Positions 37,678 through 50,212 are shown, counted from the whole stretch's first letter. The stretch: DNA of 62,919 nt, filler included, from Octopus bimaculoides (GCF_001194135.2; 4 parts of 3 records of this genome joined end to end with filler, not necessarily neighbours in it); one strand, 5' to 3'. The notes: generated from the letters alone by a model not told the origin. Made by a program: numbers and translations.

Positions 37678-38160
37678 TAATCTTTTAGCATTTGGATTAC
37701 TTCGTCAAAAGTAATGCTTATTTATTCACATTGTTTCTGAACTGATCATGCACTATCTGATAGCCTTGAGATTTGGATGGTGTGACTGTTTATTTTGAAA
37801 ATGACATTGTAGAGTAGGTGTGAGAGGCCAAATCTGGCTGATTTGAGAATAAAACAGGTAAAATATTTTGGCCAGATATGGCCAGTTTAAATGCTAAAGG
37901 GTTAAACCGTGACAACCTATCTAATTTATGCCAACATGGAAAGCTGACTTAACTCTTTAAACTGGGTATACCAGCCCAAATCTTCTTCCAATTCTATTTT
38001 CAAAATCACCCAAGATTCGACTTCTCACACACTACAATATCATTTTAAAAAATAAATGGCCACATCATTGAAATCTCAAAACTGTGAGATAATGCATGAG
38101 TAATTCAAAACAATGAATGAATAAGCATTACATCTGACAGAGTAACCTAAATGCCAAAGG
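37678..38160. mobile_element. Two piggyBac-like MITE copies in opposite orientation (about 37678-37905 and 37949-38160)
   Basis: Shared body with the 32208 copy (GTAATGCTTATTTATTCACATTG, GTGTGAGAGGCCA, GCTAAAGGGTTAA); the second copy is reversed. Confidence 0.6.
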
Positions 38161-38267
38161 CAAAAATGATCATGAAGACACACTGCACAGCAACAAAAAC
38201 ATAGTTCCAACAAAATACTGCACATTTTTCATATCATCTATGTTAAAAATAAAAGGACATTACTTAC

Positions 38268-38511
38268 CAGTACCATCCATGCCATTGGATAATAAGTAAG
38301 AACCATCAGGACTTAACTCCAAGCCTGTCGGTGTATCTGTGTGACCTCTTAAACGATATAAAATATCATTCTTCCTTAAATCCCAAACTTTGATGTCATT
38401 GTCAATACCCCCAGAAATGATTTGTTCAGCAGTGTCACTAAATGTGACAGAAGTAACTTGATAAACATTCTGAAAAGTCTGTATAGCTCCTCTCTTCCGA
38501 GAATCCCACAA
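38268..38511 (-). CDS. SNRNP40: SNRNP40 coding exon 5 (244 nt, LWDSRKRGAIQTFQNVYQV...GGIDNDIKVWDLR...SYLLSNGMDGT)
   Basis: ttcag acceptor, GTAAGT donor. Two WD40 repeats; lies within track ORF 38260-38547. Confidence 0.96.
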
Positions 38512-38834
38512 CTGAAATAGGAATAACAGTGGAATCAGATATTTCATTTTTATACCTTTAATGAAAATGCTTTTTCAAAGTATTTCAGGATGGACTAAAC
38601 AGAAAAGGAGGAAACACGTGGATGAAAGAGTAGCTGAAAAGGTCACAGGTGTGTGAAATGGAGATAAGATAAAATAAGAACAATAATAAATGAGTGAAAA
38701 ACGAATACATAGTGCAAATGGTAAGAAAAAACAAATGACCATCCTGAAATATAACAATATCTGTTTCAATACACAATTTCATATCAGGAATCTTGCAAAA
38801 CAAATTCATAAACATAACATTTTGAAAATACTAG

Positions 38835-39865
38835 GTGCAGGCATTGCTGTGTGGTAAGAAGCTTGCTTCTCAACCACATAGTTCAAGGTTCAGTCCCACT
38901 GTGGAGCACTTTGGGCAAGTGTCTTCCACTATAGCCCTGGGCCAACCAAGATCTTGTAAGTGGATTTGGTAGACAGAAACTGAAAGAAGCCCACTGTATA
39001 TGTTAGCATGTGTGTCTTCATTTGTGTTCCCCACCCATGCTAGCATGGAAAGCGGACGTTAAACGATGATGATGATGACCACCACTTCTATCATTTGACA
39101 AGTGATGCTGGTGTGCTTATGTCCCCATAACCTAGCAGTTTGGCAAAAGAGACCATGAGAATAAGTACTAGGCTTACAAAGAATAAGTCCTGGGGTTGAT
39201 TTCTTCAACTAAAAACCTTTTAAGGTGGTGCTCCAGCATGGCTGCAATCAAATGACTGAAACCAGTGAAAGAATCCTTCACTCTTTATGACAAAATTAGT
39301 AACCAAGTGCCAAACTAAAATCCTTGCAGTTTACTTTTTTGCTCGTTTCTTAAGTCTGGATTTTGAATTCAAACCCTAGAAGAGTTGGCTACCTTCCATA
39401 GAGCCCAATCAATAACACTCCGCCTTTGTGAAATATGCTTAACAGAGTAACCCAATATTTTACAATAAAATAATCAACATGGTGGCTATGTAGTAAGGAG
39501 TTTGCTCCCCCAACAACATGGTTCAAGTTCAGTCCCACTGCATGACACCTCAGGTAAGCGTCACCTATAGCCTTGAGCCAACCAAAGCCTTGTGAGTAGA
39601 TTTGGTAGCCAGAACTAAAAGAAGTTTGTTGTGCGTATATATGTGTGTGTTTGTGTTTGTCCCCATGAGACTACTTGACAACCAGTGCTGGTTTGTTTAT
39701 GTCCCAGTAACTTAGCAGTTTGGCAAAAGAGAACCAACAGAACATGTACCAGATTTAAAAACAAAATAAATACTGTGGTTGATTTGTGCAACTGAACTCG
39801 TGAAGGCAGTGCCCCAGCATGGTCACCGTCTGATAGATGAAACAAGTGAAAAGAATAAAAGACTC
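38835..39865 (+). mobile_element. Two family B SINE copies (38835-39275 with an RTE tail inside; 39478-39865)
   Basis: Family B head and tail motifs; CpG positions of the young copies are converted to TG/CA. Confidence 0.75.
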
Positions 39866-39972
39866 GCAGAAAGCAATTTTAGTTTAGTCATCAGGCTAGT
39901 CTAGAGAGCACAAACCTATGATCAAATGGTTTTCCAGCCATGACCATCCCGTTTTTTTCTTTTGTTTTACAG

Positions 39973-40485
39973 CAGGGGTGGGGACCCCCCCCCCCCCCCA
40001 CGCAGGCACAATGGCACTCACAAGCTCACTGGATGATATACTCGTATGTACAAAATATAGTAAATTTTTCAATTATAAAATTTATACAATATTCGTATGC
40101 CTTTTTGCAACATAGGTTGTGGACCTTTTTCTTTGTAAAAGAACAGAAACTTGTCTGGTAATTGCTATTTGAATAGAAATTTTGTTTTCACTATAAAACA
40201 CATATTGCTAGGTTTGTACCACCCCATTCAGACCCAACTACACTCTAGCTGAAAAGTATAGAAACCTCATAAGTAATATAAATGTGCTAAATTCAATGGC
40301 GGCATTAATGAAGATGTTACGCGTTAATTTAATGAGTTAAACTTATCTTTATTAACGTATATCGAATTATACATTAGATATATACAAGATCTACACAGAT
40401 ATAAGAGTTAGAACTTGTGTTCCGCCTGTGGACCATTTTCTTTGTAAATTTTTGCCCACTGCACTAAAAAGTTTCCCCACCTCTG
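39973..40485. mobile_element. hAT-type MITE
   Basis: Termini CAGGGGTGGGGA and TTCCCCACCTCTG. Flanks TTTTACAG / TTTCACAT match at 6 of 8 positions (degenerate TSD). Confidence 0.6.
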
Positions 40486-41007
40486 TTTCACATTACCCAG
40501 AATTTACTAGCATGTCAAGCAACAAAGAGGTTTCATTAAAATAAACTTGATATCAGTAATTGTAATTAACATAGCTCAATAGGTTCAGTAGTTAGTACTG
40601 ATGATGTTAAAAAAAGTTTCTAATTAGGCACGGCTGCATGGTTAAGAGGTTTTTTGCTGTCATGTGGTTTCAGGTTCAGTTCCACTGCATGGTACCTTGA
40701 GCAAGTGTCTTCTATCATAGCCCCAGACTGACCAATAACGTTTGAGTGAATCTGTTAGACAGAAAATCCATGTTTGAATGTTATGTCTGTGTGTGTTTGT
40801 GTTATGTTATCATCATAATCATTTAACGACTGCTTCCATACTAGCATGGGTTGGGTGGTTTTACAAGAGCTGGTATGATTAGGGGCCACTCCAGGCTCCA
40901 TTGTCTGTTTTGGCATGGTTTCTACAGAGATGAGAGGTTAAAAGATCAGTAATGTCTCCACTGTAGCAAATGTTTGTATTGGCTGAGAGAGAGAGAGAGA
41001 GACAAAC

Positions 41008-41173
41008 CTTGATAGTTCCATCATCTGCTCCACTACATATTAACTGTGGTCCACGGCGTGCAGGGCAACAGGAATTTATAAAGTCTTGATGCCCTTTCAG
41101 TTTCTTGATACGTGCACCAGCTTCTACATCCCAAATGGCGAGGTTCTTATCTGTTGATGCTGTAAACAGCTGG
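41008..41173 (-). CDS. SNRNP40: SNRNP40 coding exon 4 (166 nt, SQLFTASTDKNLAIWDVEAGARIKKLKGHQDFINSCCPARRGPQLICSGADDGTIK)
   Basis: Poly-T tract plus gcag acceptor, GTTTGT donor. Contains the U5-40K-typical PARRGPQL motif. Confidence 0.96.
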
Positions 41174-42188
41174 CTGCAAAAAAAAAAGCAGATTTATAAG
41201 CTTAATATAATATTGGTTTCAAATTTTGACACAAGTCCAGCAATTTTGAAGGAAGGGAGCTAAGTGGATTAAATTAACCCCAGTGTTCAGCTGGTACTTA
41301 TTTTATCGAGCCCAAAAGGATGAAAGGCAAGTTGACCCCAGCAGTATCTGAACCCAGAACGTAGAGATGGATGAAATGCTGGTAAGCATTTTGCCCAACA
41401 TCCTAACAATTCTGCCAGCTCACTGCCGTTTTAAGTCTAATAATATTGATGAAAAATGAAAAGCCGATAAGTAACAGACGACATGAACAAACTTGGAACA
41501 TGAATGAAACTTGATCAAATAATTATTCTAGAATGAGAGATTATTAGTTCAACGAAACTCAATCACAGTATTTGTGGATTTTACAGCCATTTTTGAGTAA
41601 CTATATCATCTGTCATTATATAAAGGCATTTGATGTTTGTCACCTAAAGCAATGGTTCTCTAACTGATAAATACCAGGACTCCTGCCCACCACCACCACC
41701 ACCACCACCTCATCCAACCAGATTTTATCTTTTACTTGTCACAGTCACTGAACTGTAGCCATGCTGAGGCAATATCTTGATGGGTTTAGCTGAACAAATT
41801 GACCCCAGTACTATCTTTTTTTTTTGTCTGGCACTTAAGTCTATCAGTAGCTTTTTGCCAAACCCCTAAATTACAGTAACATAAACAAACCAACACCTGT
41901 TGTCAGGTGGTGATAGGGAACAAACACAAATACATAGAGACACATGCCTGACAGGATTCACTCTGTTTCCAATTATAATTAAGAGCATAGAAAGAAATTT
42001 TCTAGCCTTTATACTGAAAGTAGACACTATATCATCTCACCACATAAAAGTCACAAAGTTACATGTTGAAATCAAAGCAGCAAGTTAACAAAATTAATAA
42101 CAATATAGATAGCCCTGGATTAGCTAATATCTGGATTTCCCCAGTGGCTTTTCCTTCTTCAGCAGAGCACACATACAGGAAATAAATG

Positions 42189-42240
<52 letters not shown>

Positions 42241-43068
42241 TCATCATCATCATCATCGTTTAACGTCCGCTTTCCATGCTAGCATGGGTTGGACGATTTG
42301 ACTGAGGACTGGTGAAACCGGATGGCAACACCATATATATATATATATATATACACGTTCAGGCATTGCTTCCCAATCATATGGTTCCAAATTCAGTTCC
42401 ACTGTATGGCACCTTGGGCAAATGTCTTCTACAATAGCCACAGGCTGACCAAATCCTTCGTGAGTGAATTTGGTTGATAGAAATTCAAAGAAGCTTGTCG
42501 TGTGTGTGTGTTTGCGTGTGCAGGTATGTTACTTTCTCCTTGGCTTGACATCACGTGATAGATGTAAGTGTCACCACTATACAATCGGTGTCATTTATTT
42601 CCAATCATCCATGAAAACATGTCTGCCCATGGTGAAATGTTACTTTACTTGGAAGCAGGTGAGGGTTGGTGACAGGAAGGGTATCCAGCCTTAAAAAGTC
42701 TTCCTCAACAAATTCCATTCAACCCATGCAAAGCACGAAAAAGTGGATGCTAAAATAGCAATGAAACAATCATGAGTCTTTCAAGTGATCTACAAAAACA
42801 GCCATCTACAGAATCCATACTTTACTAAGCTCACTATTTGTTGAATATTTTGCTTATTTAAGAATTACCTCATGACAAGATTTCTACAAAGAGCAGTTCC
42901 CAGAGCAGGTATTTCATGGAAGGGCACAAAAAAATGGAGAAATGGATATGTGGAAATTCAGCTGAATCTTTATGAAGCCAACTCTAACTGTCACACATTT
43001 TATAATAGCAAATCAGGTACAAGGTAATTCCATGATTTCTTAAGAGAAATAAATAGAATTGTACTCAC

Positions 43069-43162
43069 CTGCCATCTGTAGAAAAATGTAACTCCATAAC
43101 TGCTCCAGTATGGCCCCGCAGCACACCAAGGTTGTCACACTCTCCATAAACATTCCAAAAAA
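43069..43162 (-). CDS. SNRNP40: SNRNP40 coding exon 3 (94 nt, FFWNVYGECDNLGVLRGHTGAVMELHFSTDG)
   Basis: tgtag acceptor, GTGAGT donor. Phase 1 in and phase 2 out fit the neighbours. WNVYG.CDN...GH.GAVMELH motif. Confidence 0.95.
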
Positions 43163-43325
43163 CTACAATGAAGAAAATTATAAATTTCCTTATAGACATC
43201 TAATCATGAACAGAATAAGAGGACAAGAATTAGAATTTGATGAAAACATGAAATCTTGCAGTGGTTTTTGTATAAAAGCTTTTAAGTTCATCCCATGGTC
43301 ATTTTGAGGTTAAAAATATGTATTT

Positions 43326-43750
43326 TTAACCTTTTAGCATTCAGATTACTCTGTCAAATATTAAACTTATTTATTCAGATTGTTTTGAATTAATCATGTA
43401 TTACCTAACAGCTTCAAGATCTCAATAACGTGAATGTTCATTTTTAGAATGACATTTATTTCTTTATTGCCCACAGGGGTCTAAACAAACAGGAGGCAAA
43501 CAGGGACAGACAAAGGGATTAAGTTGATTACATTGACCCCAGTGTGTAACTGGTACTTATTTAATCAACCCCGAAAGAATGAAAGGCAAAGTCGACATTG
43601 GCAGAATTTGAACTCAGAACATAAAGACAGATGAAATACCACTAAGCATTTTGCCCAGTGTTCTAGTAATTCTACCAGCTCGCCACCCTATTGTACATTA
43701 AATGTGAGAAAATATTTAGGCCAGATATGGCCAGTTTAAAGGCTAATGAT
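43326..43750. mobile_element. piggyBac-like MITE interrupted by a minus-strand SINE (43447-43692)
   Basis: TTAACCTTTTAGCATTCAGATTACTCTG start. The MITE 3' part AATATTTAGGCCAGATATGGCCAGTTTAAA resumes after the SINE. Confidence 0.65.
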
Positions 43751-44845
43751 TTTAGGGAACTTTAATATGTTTCAGAAACTAGAAAAGATAAGGTCCAGAC
43801 TGACAGGCTAGAGGACCATATCTCATTCATAGATATCATTTTTGGCATGGATGCAGAAACTGGATATCTTCCTGAACAACAACCACTTTACAGAATGTAC
43901 TGAAGGCATTTTATCAAGGTACCAGTACAGAGGGGTTGTCTTGTTTGTTGCAAGACTAAAATGTCTCCCCAATGTTGTCTCCATTTTTCCAAGGCAAACA
44001 TAACTGGGAGACTAAATATAAGAGAGAATGATAGCTAAAAGGGCAACAGTGATGAAAATATATGGAGTATGACAGAGGAAAAGAATTATATAATGGTAGG
44101 GAAAGGAGAGAAGTAAATAGCAAAAGAGGATAAGTTACATGATGGGATAACAAGGAAAAAAAAAGGGTGATGTTAAGAAATATGTCTCTCAAGTCCAAAT
44201 AAGATAGTTCTACAATTTCTTGTTGAACAACTTGTACAGATTATAGGTTTATAGTGATCAAATGTTTATGCTGTACGTTAGCTCACTCCCTCCAACATTG
44301 CCTGTACAGGTGCACAATGTGCTACATAACAGATGTTGAAGTGAACACAGAACAACATGAGATGAAGTGTTTTATTCAAGAATACAACAAACTGCCTGGT
44401 CTGGGTATCAAAACCATGATTTTACAATCATGAGTGCAACAGCCTAACAAATAATGATCAGGCAACAGAGATAAGCAATGGTGAGAATGGTGGATGTCAA
44501 TGTAGAGTCACATGGAAAGAGTGATAGTAGAGCAAACTAAATATGGAAAGGTCTGATGCTGTCCCTTGTTACACAGGCATCAGGATGAAAGCGAGGAAGT
44601 GTATTAAAAGGGTAAAGGTGGAAGCAAGGGAGAGTGAGGAAACATGGATAGATTAAATGCCATTCCTTTACATATGGTACTGTGGATAGGAGAGAGGGTG
44701 ATGAAGTGGGCAATAAGTAGAAATTTAACAGGAATATAGTGCAAAATTCAATGAAGATGTACATTCCAGCCTCCATCACTATTTTTACTGACTGTTTTAC
44801 AATGCTTGGCAAACAAGAAATATATTTTTTTAAAAATCAACTTAC

Positions 44846-44975
44846 AAATCATTCGATCAAATCCAGAAGTTGCCAAAAATCTACCATCGGGAGAAAATTT
44901 TCCAGTAAAAATATCACCTTCATGACCAGTTAGAAGCATTATTGGAGCTTCAAGATTTGAAGTTCGAGGAATTCC
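44846..44975 (-). CDS. SNRNP40: SNRNP40 coding exon 2 (130 nt, GIPRTSNLEAPIMLLTGHEGDIFTGKFSPDGRFLATSGFDRMI)
   Basis: ttcag acceptor, GTAAG donor. Peptide matches the U5-40K APIMLL.GHEG...GFDR WD40 repeat. Confidence 0.96.
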
Positions 44976-45624
44976 CTGAAAGAATAGATATAACATGTAA
45001 CATATCATCATTATCATCATCATCATCATTTAATGTCCACTTTTCCATGCTTGCATGGGTTGGATGGAATTTGTTGAGGTGGATTTTTTTTTTACAGCCT
45101 AATGCACTTGTTTCCAAGTAAGGTAATATTTCCTGGTGTCTATGTTTTCACAGGAGACTGGGAATGAAGGGCACCAGTTGCCTGCATGATGATGACATTC
45201 ATTTACAAGTATTACATGAAATCAAAGCATAGAGGTAATAAAAACACATACATACACACACACAAACACTATGAATGATAGGCTTCCACAGTTTCCTCTA
45301 ACAAATCTACTCCCAAGACTCTGACTAGCCTGGAGCAGTAGTAGAAGACACTTGCCCAAGGTGCCACACAGTGGGACTGAACCAGAGACCATATTGTTGA
45401 GAAGGAAAATTCTTGCCACACAGCCATGCTTGCATAAATATATTTAACATATATTTATTCCATTATTCATTTTAGAGAGTATTGTTCTGCATTGGCAGTG
45501 ATTAGGCATAACTAAATCTATGTCTTTAGTTAATGATCTTTGCTATCAGTGCCTAATCAGATCTTATTTCAATTTGCCCTAAGTTAAATAAGAACATCTA
45601 ATCATAAGATCCGCTAATTACAGC

Positions 45625-45860
45625 AGCGGAGGCACATGGCTTAGTAGTTAGAGTGTTGGACTCATGATCATTAGATTGCTGTTTGGATTCCTGCACTGGG
45701 TGACATGTTGTGTTCTTGAGCAAAACAATTCATTTCACATTGCTCCAGTCCACTCAGCCAGCAAAAATGAGTAATCCTGTGACAGACTGGTGCCCTGTTC
45801 AGGTGAGGAATTTATACGCCATGAAACCAGCCTTTATGAGTTGGCATGGCTTGAAATGAA
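45625..45860 (+). mobile_element. SINE with head A and the tail type of the 6272 copy
   Basis: GGCACATGGCTTAGTAGTTAGAG head, TGTGTTCTTGAGCAAAACA body, CCTGTGACAGACTGGTGCCCTGTTCAGG tail. A similar copy lies at about 22110-22290(-). Confidence 0.65.
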
Positions 45861-46667
45861 ATGGTAACCTTTACCTTATTACATCTATGCCTGGAATGTT
45901 ACCAAACATCTAATAGAGATATAAACCTATAGATATGTCTCATAGTATGCTATAGCAATGAAATAAAACACTTAATGTTTGACCAAGCTACCTAGAAAAG
46001 TGCTAAAATATGCAAAACTGGTTTATCCAGTTTACTTTAATCCCTAATGGGTTTATAAGCAGTGAGTCTGTGGAAAGATGAAGATAATACACAGTTGTAT
46101 ATTATGTGGTGATTTCAACAAGAATTGAAATGTGTGTATATGTATACGGATATTAGATGCTATAATGTACCATATAGTACATCAGGTATAAGACCTTTTG
46201 GTGCAGCCATTTTAGCAACCTGATTTATTTGACATCATATGTTTTAATGTTTCTCATGTTCTCTCTCGCTGTTTATGCGGGTGACTATATTTCCCTTTAT
46301 GCATATGAGGAGAGGGAAATGTTTAGATCAATCATGTTCAATAAATAAGCTGTAATGTCTCACTCTCTCTGTAAATGTATGTGTTTGCCTCCAGTGCCAA
46401 AAAATACAGTCACCAAAACTGGTTCAATGTCCAGTCAGCTAAGCCAAATTGCCAGCAACCACATATCCTCATCCAATCATCTCATTCCGTCATAGAGCAC
46501 TTTAATGCAAAGTTTGATGTTGCAATTTAGAGAAATTCACAGAACATCAATTCGAACTTACCAGTCTGGGAGGCTTTTCAAAAGTTACAAGTATCACCCT
46601 TTTCCAGAACTACTCAATAATAAAAATTATTAAATTTACCTTTCATTCTTTTGGCATAGGTAATACT

Positions 46668-47047
46668 CTTTTACTCTTTTACCTGTTCCAGTCATTTGAC
46701 TGCGGCCATGCTGGAGCTCCACCTTTAGTCAAGCAAATCGACCCCGGGACTTATTCTTTGTAAGCCTAGTACTTATTTTATCGGTCTATTTGCCGAACCG
46801 TTAAGTGACGGGGACATAAACACACCAGCATCGGTTGTCAAGTAATGCTAAGGGGACAAACACAGACACACACATATATATATATACATATATACAACGG
46901 GTTTCTTTCAGTTTCCGTCTACCAAATCCACTCACAAGGCTTTGGTCGGCCCGAGGCTATAGTAGAAGACATTTGCCCAAGATGCCATGCAGTGGGACTG
47001 AACCCGGAACCATGTGGTTGGTAAACAAGCTACTTACCACACAGCCA
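46668..47047 (-). mobile_element. CORE-type tRNA SINE (family B), young copy with internal microsatellite
   Basis: Head GGCTGTGTGGTAAGTAGC...GGGTTCAGTCCC, CORE-like ATCTTGGGCAAATGTCTTC, internal (TA)n/(TG)n, tail ...GACTGGAACAGGTAAAAGAGTAAAAGAG. Confidence 0.8.
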
Positions 47048-48398
47048 GTTCTTTTTTTTTTTTTTTTACAATTTCACTGGAGCTAAACGATTCTACACAT
47101 TACGATAATAAACTCAAAAGAATATGCAGCAAAAACGGAAATCATTATAAAATTCATAACACCTTTTGAGTTTTTGGCACAAAGATAGGAATTTCAGGGA
47201 AGGAGATAAGTTCATTTACATTGGTCCCATTGTTCAACAAGTACTTATTTTATCGCCCTCGAAAGGAAGAAAGGCAAAGTCGGCTTCTGCAGAATTTGAA
47301 TTCAGAACGTAACGACAGACGAAATGCCGCCAAGCATTTTGCCCGGCGTACTAGCGATTCTGCCTGAGTAGATATGGCAAGATCGCACAAATGTAATATA
47401 GTAAGCCGGAACGATTACCTGAGATAATCCGTATAGTTAATAGACAGTATCTACTCTAATAGCGTTCAAAATCTAAAAATAAGCTAGGGGTCACTTTTAA
47501 CTGTTCCCATTTGCAAAGAAAATGTTTCACTGAGTGAGTTGGGATAAAAGAAGACCAACACATGGCCGTTGATTTTCAGTAATTAGTTCCCATCTGCATA
47601 GCTTTATTTTCCGAAAATTGCGACAAGTTGATGTAACTGGAGCTATCACTCTTGCTTACATTTAACTTTTAAACAACACCAAACAGAAGTCTTGCCTGCT
47701 AAATGCATGAAAAAAAAAATCAGCTAACCAGTTTTTCGATTCAGTGTAATTACATCAGAGAGATCTACTGAATGCGGGTGCAGTATGCAGAAGACTCCCC
47801 TGGGATATTTTCCCTTAATAATTGTTGATATTATAGTAGATTCGGATCACTATTGTTCTTTATTACCTCCGATTCAGAGTAAGGAAAGTAAACTACAAGC
47901 GAATAATTCAGTTAATAACAAAATAACCAATATTAAGATTGTGTACAGAAATGTCTGGTTACTTTCGTTCGAGAATATATTTGTGAGTAGTCGTCAATAA
48001 GTCTAGAAAAAGATGCATTCGTATATCTGTCAATAGAGTGGGTACATTATCATTATCCGTGATGGATATGTATAATACTGTACATTTCAGACAATATATA
48101 TATATAGAGAGAGAGATATATATATATAGATATAGATAGATAGATAGTAGATAGATAGATAATCAGTTTGGACACGTGTGGTTCGTATTATGTATACATA
48201 TGGGGATTGACTTAATGTTCTAAATATCAATTAGTTTTTGACTATTTAATTTGTTCGTTTGTCTTTTTTTATGATTTAATGTTTATTTTGTAAATAACGA
48301 AAATACGAACACATTTAAATAACTGAAAATATATTCCACTAAACAAACTGGTTAACAACAGACAAAAACAGACACAAGAATCACAAACATCATCTCAC

Positions 48399-48503
48399 CG
48401 ATTGTACTACAGATAGATTCTTCCTATGTATAGGAACGATTTCATTTCTTGGTTTCTTAAACGGAACAATCACCAATTCGGAAGCTTTTCTTTTAAGATC
48501 CAT
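48399..48503 (-). CDS. SNRNP40: SNRNP40 coding exon 1 (105 nt, MDLKRKASELVIVPFKKPRNEIVPIHRKNLSVVQS)
   Basis: ATG at 48503-48501. Basic KRK..L.VP.KK.R N-terminus as in U5-40K. Donor TCG|GTGAGA, phase 0, in frame with exon 2. Confidence 0.9.
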
Positions 48504-48569
48504 ATTGGAAGAGTAATTAATAATTATTTGAGAGATAAACAAATAATACCAGTAAAAGGAAGGAAAACG

Positions 48570-48625
48570 AGCCGGCACTTAACGGAAGTTTATGAGTAAA
48601 TATCGTAACTGCGCATGTCTAGAAA
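48570..48625 (-). promoter_or_regulatory. SNRNP40 proximal promoter with ETS/GABP-like and NRF-1-like motifs
   Basis: ACGGAAGT at 48582-48589 and TGCGCATG at 48610-48617, 80-115 bp upstream of the ATG, in a CpG-retaining region. No TATA box seen; typical housekeeping layout. Confidence 0.55.
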
Positions 48626-48899
48626 TAGGTTAGCAAAACTTTTCTAGTTAAGTTCAAGGGAGATAATTTAAAGTGTGACTTTCACTTTTTCAAAGTTAGT
48701 GAATTTAAATAACTAGCCATAAGTTTCATAAACTCCAAAATATAAACATCCACGCTACCACACTTGAAACATACCTGTTATAACTCTTTATCTCGATTTG
48801 AATATACGTGAAGGTATTTAGAATGCCCAAACCTCTGCAAATGTGCTAAGCACATGCTGATCATAGTTTAATCAATAAGCGTAGGAGCGAAGTAAATGC

Positions 48900-49240
48900 A
48901 GTAAAAATAGAGGGAGGGGGTCAGTGGGGCTCCATTTAAGCGGCCCTTCAGAAATTGAACCTCTTACGATACTCCTTGGGAGTTCATGGTATGAAATTCA
49001 TTGTCATTGCTCCGATTTGGTCACCAATGCCATGTATTTAGTTTAAAATGCAGTTAAAATAGGGTGGTTAGTGTGACCCTAATTGAGCGGTCCTCAAAAC
49101 AAAAATTGACCCTCTTAGGACATTCCCCGGGATTAAGGGTGTTGCTGGTTTGAGTTTTGTTGTCCTTGCACTAACGGTCTAGGAGAAGTTAACGAACATA
49201 AAAACGTAACGGACCGAAAAACATCACTCAAATTTATAAT
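48900..49240 (+). mobile_element. Possible Helentron/DINE-like non-autonomous element
   Basis: Internal partial repeat (AGCGG.CC.C...AAATTGA.CCTCTTA) and 3' end CAAATTTATAATAGGAT, recalling HINE/Lep1-type ends. No coding evidence. Confidence 0.3.
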
Positions 49241-50212
49241 AGGATAATAATAAGAAGAATGAAATTATTGTGTATAGTGCTCTGGTTCACTTCAATGTAT
49301 CAAAGGTGCATGTATGGTACATAGAATTATGTACAAATGTCAGGAAAGTGAACAGTGTGAGTCATGATATACATGTGTGCATGCGTATGGAGGTGAAGAT
49401 ATGGCGTGTAGTGTTGGCGAATTTCAGGAAGCAATGATGCTTTAAATATCCCTCAAATTATACAGTACTGTCTGAAACGACACATTGACTGAAGATATTT
49501 TCTAAAAAAATAAAGGAAGATAGGATAGTTATGGCGTGAAGACATTGTGAAGCCAATAGGCATAGCTCCAGATTACTTTGAACCAGTTAAATATCATCCC
49601 GCGGAATTATAACAGTCAAATCGACGCGTTTTGTTTCACCAGCTTAACACTCGCTTTTTACGCTTTCACTTTAATATTTAGGCTTTACATCCATCTACAA
49701 TAAATTAGAAATAGTGAAATCTACTCTAAAGAGTATTTAGAAAGAGGACATATTGTATATTTTAATCGTAAATACATTGTCCGAAAAGAGAAAAAGAAAT
49801 TGATGATCACAGCTGGAATACCTTTCATCAAAGCAAGGTAGCTCAAACTGCAAGAAATAGTAACCAAAGCTCTCAGACTAAATCATACAGTCTAAAAAGT
49901 GAGCTTGCTGGATAAAGTAGTCTATGGTACATAACTGCCTAAAAAATCTCCCATACTCATAATCTGAATGCCTTTGATGATGGCAGTGCTGTCTTAAAGG
50001 CATGAGCACACTGGACGGTTGCCCAGGGGCCTCACACGTCTCGGGGACCTATTATGATCTATGAATGCTATGGATTGCTGTCAATAAATCTTATAATAAT
50101 TCCGTTTGTTATTTCATTATTTAACCTGTCGGTAACGCTTTCACGTGATTAGAGAAAAAATTGGGAGAGAGAAAAAATTGGGAGGGGAGAAAAACAGAGA
50201 CGGAGAAGCGTC

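Noticed and set aside
47662-47700. Splice-site-flanked 36-39 nt segment in intron 1
   Set aside because: It has an in-frame stop and no homology; such sites are expected by chance in AT-rich introns.
48504-48578. N-terminal extension MPARFPSF... of SNRNP40 exon 1 in the track
   Set aside because: It begins at GTG, not ATG, and has no similarity to U5-40K; the first ATG is at 48503.
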